Origin: Squalus acanthias
Lineage: Eukaryota
Assembly: GCA_030390025.1 (NCBI GenBank)
Contig: CM059431.1
Span: forward strand, 122,142,001-122,206,000
DNA: 64,000 nt
Direction of reading: 5' to 3'
Position numbers and translations under genes: made by a program. Positions within the stretch are counted from its first letter, which is position 1, and each line of letters begins with the position of its first letter. The notes below the pieces were generated by a model. That model did no database searches and was not told the origin of the DNA. It saw nothing but the letters and a program-made list of their open reading frames with translations. Shown piece by piece: positions 1 through 11,002 of this stretch.

Positions 1-1
1 A

Positions 2-2829
2 AGGGCCTCCCCGAAGTTCTCGGATGAGGCGCTGGGTATCCTGGTTAAGGGGGCGAGAGCTAGCAGGGAGGTGCTCTTCCCCTCAACTGGGAGGAAGAGG
101 CCTCCCAAAGAAACCAAGGGCAGAATTTTCATTGACCCTTGGAGGCGGGTTTGGAGGCGTGTGGGGTGGGAAAATAGCAGATTCGGGGGTCCCGAACCCA
201 TCCCGCCCCCAACTCGCCTCCATGCCAGTTTCGCTGGAGGCGGGTACCCGACCTGTGCTGGGAGCCACCTCCCCGAGGCGGGAAGGGGATTAGTGACGAT
301 TAACTGCCTGTTAACAGGTAGTAAACAGGCAGTTTGTTGCCTAATCCCTATTTTTAGCCCTGAAGTGTGGGCTACCCGACGGCTCCAAACAACGCCGTTT
401 TAGCAAGGCGGACCGTGGGTCTGCAGGGGTTGGAGGGGTCGATATGTCCGGTGGGCAGGTGAGTGATGGGTGCATGTGTGCAGAGGTAAGTGTGCAAGGT
501 AAGTGTAAAGTGTGGAAAAAAGTTTTACTTACCTTAACTTCCTCCTGCAGGTGTCAGCCCTTCAGGACTCGGGAGTCAGAAATCTCACCGGCACAGAAAG
601 CAGAATGGCCGTGGAGCTGTCAAAAACTGTAGCCTCTGTTTTTTGTTCTGCAGAGATCTCTAAATCAGCCTGAGAGGAAGGAATTAACTTAGAGGACAGA
701 TTGTCAGTGTTTGACAGCTTCAAGGAGCTGTCAAACGCTGATATTTCATCTATCAAAAGCTCTTGACAGATGAAATGTCAATCTGTGAGGTCACCTGTTG
801 CCGGGTGGCCCTTAATTGGCCTGCTGAGCCCGCTGGGCAGGCTCAACAAGGTCAATCAAGGAAAAACCGAGTGGGTTGGCCACAACTCGATGGAGGTGGG
901 ACTACAACCCCAAAAGTGGGAGTCCCGCCTCCTGCTTGCCTCCATTGATAAAATCCAGCCCCAAGACTGTGTGGGTCCAGCTGGCAAGGGATATAACCTC
1001 CAGATCTGTGTGCAGCAGGATATGGCTGCAGTGCTGTAAAAGGTTCAATGACCTTGTAAGATCAGGCAATGTGAGTATATCTTCAGCTTGACCCTCCTTC
1101 TGCTCCCCTTCTCCTCTCATCACCAGCACTCTGCATTATCAACCTCCTCCTACACATCCCACTTTACCCTTACAACCCTTGCACCCTTCACCATCCCTCT
1201 CACTCTATGAACCCAATCACTTCACTATTCGACTATACTGCCCTCACAATCCCTTTCAAATTTATGCAATGATAAAATGATAACGCACAGGGAGGGCCCT
1301 TGGACATGGAACCTCACTCCATCTTTGTCTCCTTCTAAGCATCTATGCTCTGGACTCTCTACACTCACTCCATCATTCTCACTCCAACTCCACTTGTCTC
1401 CCTCACTGCAGGAAAAGAGAGCCCACAATAGAAGCAAATGGGTGAAGACAGGAGGAGGACCACCTTCCCTCACCCTTCTCACCCAGGCTGAAGTGGCGGC
1501 CCTGGACATCGCTGGCGCAGAGGTGGAGGTGAAAGTGGGGGACAGACAGATGGGCGATGCAGACCAAGCTGGTGACAGAATAGTTTTGCATCTCTCTCAT
1601 TTACACTGCTTGAGTGACTGAAATGGCTGCTGGTGTACATTATTAGAATGCCACTTGAGCATCTGCACTATTGCATCTGCATGCCACACTTCCGTCAAAT
1701 GTCTAACCCATGCCTTTACTCCCCCACAGGACCATGCACAGAGCACCCGCCTCCCACTGTCGACGAGGAAGAGGCTGAGCAGCAAGACTCCTCAGAGGAA
1801 ACTGCAACCTCTGAGGATGCAGTGTCAGCAGATGTAAGCGCACCCAGCACCAGCGCAGATACGCACACCTCGGTGGGACCATTGAGACAATGTTGTCACC
1901 GTGTGTATCACATCTCACAGGTGAGCATCAGCAGGTGGTGGAGACAGGGACAGCAGTGGAGAGTCCTCATCGGAGGTCGCAGGACTCTCCTAGCTCTGAT
2001 CCGCTGCATGTGGACCCTGTGCCTCTGGGTCAGAAAGAGAGCAGTGCTGGAACTCCAGGAGCAAGTGCAGGAGTCTCTGGCAGGTTTTGTCTCCAGGGTC
2101 ACTGTGAGTGTAGAGAGGATGGAGGAGTCCAGCTCTAACATGAGCAGTGCCTTTGTGGGGGCAATGGCGCATGAACGCACCACCACGGAAAGGATGGCAA
2201 CCTCCGTGGGAAGGATGGCAACCTCCGTGGTAACGATAGCTTCCTTTCTGGAAAGGGTGTTTACGGTAGAGGAGAGGATGGCTACAGCCATGGAGGACCT
2301 AAGTCGCCAGAGTCTGGAAAACATGGTGAATGTTCAGAATAGACTGACATCTCTGAAGGAGCGATGGGCAGCTATTGAGCAGAGAAACCAGAGCTTCATG
2401 GAAGTCCTTTTGAGGAGGACTGCCAGTGCAGATACGGGTCCCCATGGCCCCCCTGATGTGCAGCAAGGTGCTCTCAAGCCACTTGCAAATGCTGAGGTGG
2501 AGCTGACCCATGAGAGGGAAGTTGGTGGCAGAGAACAAGGAAGAGGGGGCTCCTCTCCAAGCGCTCACACTTCCATGCCTCTGCGTAGCCCTCGGTCAGA
2601 GCCCCACCTGAGTCTGCACCCAACTGAGATGGGCGTCTCAGCCCCTGCACTGCTGCAGGATGAGCAGACGTTTAGCGAGCCCTCACAGGCTCGGAAACCC
2701 AGAGGACGCCTGCCAAAGGTGTCGAAGCAGGAGCAGCATGAAAGTGAGCAAGTGGCCTCCACTTCTGCTGAAGCCACAGGGGGATCACCACGTAGGAGCT
2801 CGCGTAAGAAAAAAATAAAGTACAATTAG
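2..2829 (+). pseudogene. Harbinger Myb/SANT-like DNA-binding gene, 3 exons: 2-117+965-1070 (split by MITE), 1412-1571, 1730-2829
   Basis: Removing the MITE restores RASPKFSDEALGILVKG...RPPKETK/TVWVQLARDITSRSVCSRIWLQCCKRFNDLVRSGN. GTGAGT donor at 1071, CTGCAG acceptor ending 1411. Exon 2 is EKRAHNRSKWVKTGGGPP..., GT at 1572, CCACAG acceptor ending 1729, and phases join. Exon 3 has ERMATSV repeats and a basic tail (RRSSRKKKIK). Confidence 0.88.
118..961. mobile_element. Harbinger MITE, 844 bp
   Basis: TIRs GGGCAGAATTTT / AAAATCCAGCCC, CAA TSD (115-117, 962-964). Homologous along its length to 57137-57937. Confidence 0.93.
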
Positions 2830-3086
2830 TCACACGGGTAGGCACTTGGGTGATTGTTTCTGTTTATTGATGAAGTGCCATCCCTGTGTGAATGTATTAA
2901 AATGAGGTGATGGCAAACTGTGGGTGTGATGGCATCTGTTATTTTGGCTTAGGCCGCTCCACATTGCGGGCTCTGCGACAATTGCGTGGTCAGGTTGGTG
3001 GTCAGAGTGAAAGGAGGCCAGAGAGTCATGTCCATTGTCTATCATGTGTTAAGAAGGAGCCAAGCACATGTGCCATAATGGGCAAC

Positions 3087-4302
3087 CTATGAAAATCTGG
3101 CCAGGATTAATGCATTCCTTGCATCACGGGCAGCCATGTGCTCGCGTGCTGCCGCTGCTGCTGGTAGATGCGCCGCCGCTCGGTCCTCCTCCTCCTCCTC
3201 TTCCTCCTCATCTGAGGAGGCTATGTACTGAGTCACTTGCTCATCAGGAAGCTGCAAGCCACGACGCTGTGCGATGTTGTGCAGTGCACAGCAGACCACA
3301 ACCATTCTGGAGACCCTGGCTGCTGAGTGCTGCAAGGCTCCACCTGATCTGTCAAGGCATCGGAATCTCATCTTCAGCGAGCCAATGGTTTGTTCAATGA
3401 TGGACCTTGTCGAAATGTGGCTGGCGTTGTAGCGCTCCTCAGCCTCATTAGCTGGCCTCCTGATCGGCGTCATTAGCCACTTTTTAGGGGATAGTCCTTG
3501 TCTCCAAAGAGCCATCCGTTAAGTTGGTTTGGCGGATTGAAGAGCGGAGGAACACTAGACTGCCGCAGGATGAACGAGTCATGGCAACTACCACAGAACT
3601 TGGCGCAAACATGCAAAATCTCCTTCTTGTGGTTACACACCAGCTGTACCTTGAGGGGGTGGAAGCCCTTGCGGTTGACAAAGATAGCTGGGTTGTGATG
3701 GGGTGCCCTAAGGACCACATGTGTGCAGTCTTTGAAGCCCTGCACCATTGGCAAGCCTGCCATATTTGCAAAGCCAACCGAACGCACGGTTACACTTGCT
3801 TGATCCCTTGAGAAGTGGATGTAATTTTGCGCCTTTGCGAAAAGGGCATCGGTAACCTGCGTGATGCAACTGTGGGCGGCCAACTGGGAGATGCCGTTGA
3901 TGTCTGCTGATGATCCCTGGAAGGAGCCTGAGGCAAAAAAATTGAGTGCGGTGGTGACTTTGACAGCCACTGGTAAGAGGTGTCCACCCGCTCCTCTAGG
4001 CTCCAGGTGTTGGTGCAGCATTGCGCAGATGTCTCCGACAACCTCTCGCGAAACTCTCAGCCTCCTTTGGCACTGCTGCTCACTCATGTTGAAGTAGATC
4101 ATCCTCTGTCTGTAAACCCTGGAGGGGGGTCTCTCCTGCGGCGACGTGCTTCCATGCGCTGGCGCCTTCTGCCCTGTGCAGCATCAGGTGGGTGAGCAGG
4201 AGGTTGGCGCTCCTGCTGCTGAGCTGCCTGGTTCTGCTGCTGCTGTGGCTGTTCCTCATCCGAATCTGAGGTCCATGATGAAAGGAAATAAATGGTTCCC
4301 AT
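3087..4302 (-). pseudogene. Harbinger DDE transposase (HARBI1-like), two frameshifts
   Basis: Motifs across ORFs 4099-4374, 3473-4102 and 3087-3515: [60 protein letters not shown]...IIEQTIGSLKMRFRCLD, CCALHN, acidic tail. Frame breaks near 4130 and 3485. Confidence 0.93.
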
Positions 4303-4820
4303 GCTGCTGGCAGATACCTCCGTTGGGGAAGCGCTCAGTCCAAGCAGGGAGAGGGTTTTCCAAGGAGGTCCCACAGTTGAGAGATAGAAGCTGCAGCACC
4401 TCCGACTTTGGTAGGCCTGCTAAAAGTGCTGAAAGACCTTTGGAACAAAAGTTCTGCCACCTGCAACTGCTCCCTGATGAAAGCTCCATTTTAATGGTGG
4501 AGCTGCAGCTGTGAGGAGGCCACCCACTTGTCAACCCACCAGGATTTGCTGGCGTGGTTCAGGAGGGCCATGCAACAAGCTGAAAATGTGGTAAAATAAC
4601 AAAGGCCTGGCAAAATAGATGCCCTTAACCACTTTTTAAGGGTCTTAACTGCCTCTCCTGACTGATGGAGGTGGGACCGAATCGCACCCATGAAACCCGC
4701 CTCCGGCAAAATTGCGCGGAGGCGGGCTGGAGGCGGGTTCCGAACCCGCCCTCACTTTTTGCGATTTTCCCAACTGTCCCGCCTCCAAACCCGACTCCTC
4801 GGGGCTGGGAAATCGCCCCC

Positions 4821-5016
4821 TCAGTGTTTGCAGCACCTCAAATGACAAAAGAAAGTTGGCTATGGTCCCTTTAAGAAAACCTGCTGATAACGCATCATGA
4901 ATGACGTCACCAGACCCGCTTCCTCTAGTTGGACCGGGAAACCTGCTGGGCGGACTTAACAAGCCCCATCAACGTAATTCATTTTCCAGAGTGGGATGGT
5001 AATGAAAATCCCGGCC
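4821..5016. mobile_element. Right end of another Harbinger-type element (possible host of the 1-4820 element)
   Basis: Ends in TIR-like AAAATCCCGGCC at 5016, the same terminal pattern as other elements in the window. Confidence 0.55.
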
Positions 5017-6277
5017 AATGTTTCTTTGAAATCCAGTTTTCCTCTCTGCTCTTTTGTTTTATTACCTTTTTCACCGATGCAAGCCTTGATGCTTAGCTTG
5101 GCAACAGTCTCAGTGAAATTGGAAAAGTTAACATGCTGCATATTTTTGCAGTGAACTCAGTGAGGTGAGGGGTGGTGTTTTGTCCCTTCTAATTTTGTTG
5201 TTAGCTTGTTGACATCTAAGAAAAAGCTATCGGCATTGGGGAAATGTCAACATTTCTGGAAAACCATTTACACACGTGAGTTCTGACTATTTTAAAGAGT
5301 GACAACACATCAAAATAGGTTTCAAAAACTATTTTAAACCAAGAATGAGTGATAGTCACATCTAATGAGGGATACTTGGCAGATCTGATGTTATTTCCAG
5401 TAGCCTTTTCAGTTGGATTTGGGTAAGAGCCAACGGGCCCAATCTGGGCTATCCATGAATGCTTTTACTCGTTTATTGTTTTCCATAGGCCACACATCAC
5501 AGGTGTCTTATTATGTGAATATTATTGTACTCAAAATTTCTACCACATGCACGGACAAAAGGCAATATCTTGTTGCCAGAGGTTTCTTTTTCCGTTATGA
5601 CGATTTAGATGAACAATTGCACCACATGCCTACTAGACAAGTCAGATCTTTGTGGTTAATTTCACAGCTACACAAATCTGAAGACTTTTTTTTCTGCTTC
5701 TATGAATGGAACATGTCCTAAGCCCTGGAGATAATTCTGCTATCAGTTCTGACACCACACACCAAACTGCAGAAACGTATTTCCCCTACTGGTCCTGGCA
5801 TTTACATGTGAATTATGATGGTTCTATTTCCTGTATTGAGGATCAGCAGCTAAATTCCTGCTCTGCGGAATTACTGTATCATGTGCAATTTACTTAAACC
5901 CTGCACAATGCATTAAAGTAAATAAGAAGAAATTTGCTAATTAACGAGCATAAACCCCTTGGATGCCAGAGATCTGTTTCCAGATAGACCACTGGACATG
6001 GTAAGTGGATGCCCAGTAGCAGAGTAGGTACAGATGAGGACACTGTTTCTCAATGTGACACTATATTTGCATCCCCTGACTAATGACAGTTTTTTTAAAG
6101 ATACTCCAGATAGCAAGCAGTTCCAACCACTAGTGCAGCATTGAATATAAGGGAACCAGTGCAAAGTTATCTCATGACCCAGCAGAGGGAGAAAAAGAGG
6201 ACCAGTTCAATTCCAAGATGCTCGCATTGAGATCGAGCAGCCAGCCATCTCACTTACTCTCCTTCACTGGGAAGTAT

Positions 6278-7922
6278 TGTAAAATTCGCAATTATCGCGA
6301 TTCGAAATAACGAGATAAAGCAGATTCGTTTCATCAGTTTTATTTCAACAAAATGCTGTCATGATTAAACAGGACACAGAAGCCTGTAAAATGGCCGCCG
6401 CGCCTCGTGGCAGAAGCTTCCAGAATTTTCAGTGGGCAGACAAAATGGCGTTCGAATAAACATTTCAGTACAAGATTGGTTAATACGCAGCAAACACTGA
6501 TAAAGACAGGATGCAACCTGTCTGCATTCGACACAATAGCAAAGATATAAGTGCTGGAATCATTTTCCATGCACAAGTAAGGACCATTGTACTGGGAAAT
6601 CGAAGGCCCATCCAGATACATCAATACGCAAATTCCCCACGGCTCTAAAATGAGAGAGCCATTCTCGGGTGATTAAGTCAGTATTCGAGGAGGCCCCAAA
6701 ACCAGTCAGGGAGACTCCTAGCCGGTTCGACAATGGGGAAAGCATTAACGGGTAGTTGGCCAGTTTAAGGTGCTACCGAAACCCATTAAAGGAAAGAATC
6801 GCCCCATGCTGGGAGTTTTGTGCACCAGTATTTTACAAAGGACAAACATTAAGATTTGGGCGGGAGATAAGAAAATACAGCACTATAACTATAGTGAACA
6901 AATGTCCATCGCTCTCTTGACTCTTATCTTGCTGCTGGCTGCTGAACTCTCTTATTCCTCTGATCCTCCCGGGGCTGATTCATTTGAACTGACTCTTGAC
7001 GTGGGCTGAACTTTTATTCTCCTATGTTGGGTGGAGCTCAATTTGGAGCGAGCCGCCTCAACGAAGGCCAGTGACCGGGTGCACCATCCCGAGGGTCGGT
7101 AAACGGTGTTCTGGACCCGAAGGCCCGACGAGACGAGATGAGAAGAGAAGAAGAAGAATCCACGTGCCGCCGCGATCAGTAAACCCCGACCGCGCCCGTA
7201 AATATAAAGACAATTTTTCAACTCTATCAGGTTGCTGCCGAACAAGTGGAAGACTCTCTTTCGAATTCTATCGACAACCGGTGTCAATACAGAAAGACTT
7301 TTCTTTGAGTTCTACAGCCGGGCCCGAGCACTGTCGAGTTCTTCATGACAACGGGGAGCCCAGCCTGCTAGCCAGAGCAGAGAAGATAAACAAGTGGGGT
7401 ACAGATACCCCTTCCAACACGTGACAGTCAGGTGTTGCAGCAAAACAAGCCGAGTGCCTTACTTTAAAATTCTCCGAAGTATCACGAGTGGTGAGCATGT
7501 TTCCTCGATCCTACAAATCTAGATTAGTGTAGGTATTGATAGGGGAGGGTAGTTTTATTAGGATAAATATAATGTGTTCCCCTTTTTACGATGTGCCGTG
7601 CGTTCCTCATTACCCTAGACCAAGTTTTATGAATGTATGTATACTTGTACTGTCATTAATTTGTGCCTATGACATGTACTTCATGATTTTGGACACTATG
7701 CAATAAAGATTTCCATTTCGTACTATTCTACCGGGTCTATTTGAGTTTTTCTCTGCATTACTGCTCTCGCACCTAAGTCCAGTGTTAGAACCGTAAGGGC
7801 GAGTGGGTCGAACCACTCACAGGTGCTTATTGCAACAAGGCTGGCCGGAGACCAGAGCAAGCAATAGTATTAGGCAACGAAGGCCTGACCCCGCACAAGC
7901 ACCTACGACCGAACCCCTTACA
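6278..7922 (+). mobile_element. Solo LTR (Gypsy or ERV type), 1645 bp
   Basis: TGTAA...TTACA termini, GTAT TSD (6274-6277, 7923-7926), AATAAA at 7702, CpG-rich relative to flanks, no gag/pol. Confidence 0.85.
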
Positions 7923-8407
7923 GTATTGAAAAGAAGAACTAAATTAGTTCTAGGAGATGTACATCATACACTGTTACAAAGGGGAAGGACAAGGGTAAAT
8001 CACCCAACACCCTTACAATGAAAACTTGCAAGGGCTGATTCCCTCATTAGCTACCTTTGAGTGAGAAGGAGCACTCACAGGAAGTATTGGTTAAGAAATT
8101 GTGGACCTGCAGTCCCTAAATTTCTGTCCAGAAGGTTCACTTTATTTCCAATGTTTCCAGAGAGTTTGCTATGTGATGGTGCAGAATAATGTAGCAGCAG
8201 ATCAAATGATGGGCCTTCATGGTAGTTGAGGTAGAACAGAGGACAATGGGGAATAAATTCAGCTTGGCTCATAACGCAAAACTGGTGATAGCAAATCGGC
8301 AGCTCGTTTTGCACTCAGCCTGATTATCTTTTCCATTGATTTCAAGACAAATTTATACATACGTGCATGATTATTAGTTACATGGGACTTAGGTGAATGA
8401 GAAACTA

Positions 8408-9171
8408 GGGGGAAAAATTCGGTTGATTTGCGCCTCCCGTTACTAACGGGGGGGGCAAAGCAACTAGCGCCTGGGCGTGATGCTGCTAACGCCCCCTGCG
8501 AAATTCAGCGGGAGGTTAGCGGCGGCGGTAACCGTTGGCACCCCGGGGCGCTGCGCCGCCGGCGATGATGTCATCGTTGTGCGCAGCGCCCCGCTCACGC
8601 CCCAGCTGCGATCTTCGGTAGTGCCCCCTGACTTACCGCCAGACGCTATGTCCGACGGGGTCAGGGGGGCCTACCTGCGGCTGAGGCAGCGCAAATTAAA
8701 GGAAAGGTGCCGGGCGGCCATTTTGGTTGCTGGCCTCCTGCCAGCACCTGCCCCCGTTGCCGTCCCCGGCCTCCTGAGCAGCCCCTTCCCTCCCCCCACG
8801 GAGTGCCTGCTGCGCTCTGTGAGCCCGGCACTTCTCCTGAGTGCCGGGCTCTTTTGCCAGCACTCCGATCCCTGGTGGCCCAGCTGGGCCCGGTTTGCGC
8901 TGCGCAAGACCCCTCCCCTTTAATAAGGGGAAGAAGGCCTGCAGTACCGCGGCGTGGTGTGCCGCAGGGCGTGGCGCTGCGGCACGTAGCGCCGCGATAT
9001 TCACTCGCAGTGCCCCAAGAGGGAGGCAGGGTGCTTGCAGTAGCGCCCCGCCTCCTTCTTCGGGTGCTACCGGTGAATTTCGGGCGCGGAGTGCTAACTT
9101 TTTGGGGGCACTAAAAGTAGTGCCCCGGCGAAGTTAGCGCCCCAAAGCGGGCATGACCCAATTTTTCCCCC
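8408..9171. mobile_element. GC-rich Harbinger-type MITE (TAGCGCC-motif family)
   Basis: Perfect 12-bp TIR GGGGGAAAAATT / AATTTTTCCCCC. Flanks CTA/TAG leave the TSD register ambiguous. First ~300 bp are similar to 53341-54233. Confidence 0.88.
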
Positions 9172-9249
9172 TAGGCTCCAAAAGTGTTTCAATGGGTCAT
9201 TGTCAGTACCCTGCTCTGGCCTGTCCGTCTCCTCCTTGTCCAAGGTAGG

Positions 9250-9490
9250 CTTCTTTATATGATAAGATTGTGGAGCATGTAGTAGATGATGCTAATCTTG
9301 GATGCTCCAGTGCAAGTGTACAGCAAGTTGTTGTGATCTGTCCAAGCATCTGAAGTGTTTCTGAATGATGCAAAATGATATTTCTGTGGCAGATTTATAG
9401 GCCTCATTGTACCTGTGATCAGCCTCTGTCTGTGATTCTTTCAAGGAGTGATTATCCATAGCTGAAGAGGTCTTCTAGGAGCCATCCTAC
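9250..9490 (-). pseudogene. Old Harbinger transposase C-terminal relic
   Basis: Broken frames give GWLL..., EADHRYNEAY, HFRCLDRS and MLHNL. Confidence 0.6.
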
Positions 9491-9627
9491 AAATCTGCCT
9501 TGTCCTATAAATAAACCAAGTGCAGAGGATTGCCTTAAAATAAAAAAATCTTGATTTCTGCCTTGGAACTGGTTATTGACCTGCATGATCCTGTATTGCT
9601 GTCATTGAACATTAGTGGATTGTCCTT

Positions 9628-10540
9628 TTCTTTTTTTAAATTTGCTCATGGGATATGGACAACGCTGGCAAGGCCACATTTATTATATATCTCTAGTTGC
9701 CCTGAGAAGGTGTGATGGCCCTTCTTCTTGAGCCTCTGCAATCCTTGTGGTGATGATTCTTCAACAATACTGTTAGGTACGGAATTCCAGGATTTTGATC
9801 TCGAAATGATGGAAGAACAGAGATATATGTCAAAATCAGGATGGTCCGTGACTTCGAGGTGATGCTTTTCCCATGATATTGCTGCTGCTTTCCTTCTTGA
9901 TAGAGGTAGTGAGCTGGGAGGGGCTGTTGATGTAATCTTGTTGAGTTGCTGCAACGCATCCTATAGATTATACATACCACAGCTACAGTGTACTGGTGAT
10001 GGAGGGATTGGATTTTGAGTCCAGTGGCAGGATCAACAATCAAGCAGACTGCTTTGCCCTGGTTGTTGTTTAGCTTCTTGAGTGCTGTTACAGCTGCACC
10101 TATCGAGATGAGTGGTGAGTATTCCATCGCACTCCTGACTTGAGCCTTGTAGATAGTGGAGAGGCTTCGAGGGATTAGGAGGTGATCCACTCATTACAGG
10201 GTACCCAACTTCTGCCCTGTTCTTGAAGCCGCAGTGTTGATATAGCCGAACTTGTTAAGTCCCTGGTCAATGGTGGTCCCCAACATTTTGATAGTGGTTG
10301 ACTCAGCAATGGTGGTGCCATTGAAGGTCAGGGGAGAGGGTTGGACATTTTCTTGTAGGCAATAATTTCGCACTGCAGGGCATGAATGTTAATGCCACTT
10401 GTGAGCTCAAACCTGGAAGTTGTTTAAGTCCTGGTTTAGGCCTGGCATGAGCTGATCCATCAATGGAAATGTTCTGAATGGAGCTGAATGCTATGGAATC
10501 ATAAGCAAGCAGTCCCAATCCTGACCTTATGATTGAAGAA
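9628..10540 (-). mobile_element. LINE family A (CR1/L2-group RT), old 3' fragment
   Basis: LSTIYKAQVRSAMEYSPL and the same 3' tail as the 11003-12336 copy. Confidence 0.88.
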
Positions 10541-11002
10541 AATAAAGTATTTTCATGTGTTGTTTCCATTTCTGGATTTTTGAGAGTTGCAATTTCAGTT
10601 TTTGTTCCTCAGTCCAAAAATGCAAATTCCTCTGTGTGTTCCTCTCTCTTTGTTTTGGAAGATGAACAGGAGGATATGAGGAGGGAGGACGGAGGAAGGG
10701 CAGGTCCTTTTATGCCACAGGCAGCCATCCTTCATCAAATATCAGCATCTACTGACCTAGGCACTGCTACCTAGGTATGTCTGAGGAGATCTTCCTTCAC
10801 AGTTCAATTTTTGTTCCACACCCTAAACTTCACTCCCTTTCCATTGATACCATACCGCTCCCCAGCTATTCATTCAGACTGAATCAGGTCATGTGAAATC
10901 TTGACAACCTGTTTGACTCAGAGCTGAGCTTTAAAACCAACATTCTGTCCACCATCAAGTCTGTCTATTCCCACTTGCACAATATTAGCTGTCACTGTTT
11001 CT

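Larger units (their letters stand above)
1..4820. mobile_element. PIF/Harbinger DNA transposon, two-gene type, decayed; left end lies outside the window
   Basis: Convergent Myb/SANT-like gene (+) and HARBI1-like transposase (-). Right terminus ...GAAATCGCCCCC ends at 4820, with repeated subterminal GGAGGCGGG/CCCGCCTCC motifs at about 4695-4790. Confidence 0.92.

Noticed and set aside
3087..4302. Domesticated host HARBI1/NAIF1 genes
   Set aside because: Frameshifted, flanked by a TIR and multi-copy within the window, so these are transposon copies.
6952..7424. ORFs of 142 and 111 aa inside the LTR
   Set aside because: No recognisable domain, and expected by chance in GC-richer sequence.
8477..9137. 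Overlapping GC-rich ORFs or a host CpG-island promoter
   Set aside because: Entirely inside a TIR-bounded MITE.
10660..10800. Possible Harbinger transposase N-terminal relic
   Set aside because: Similarity too weak to support by eye.
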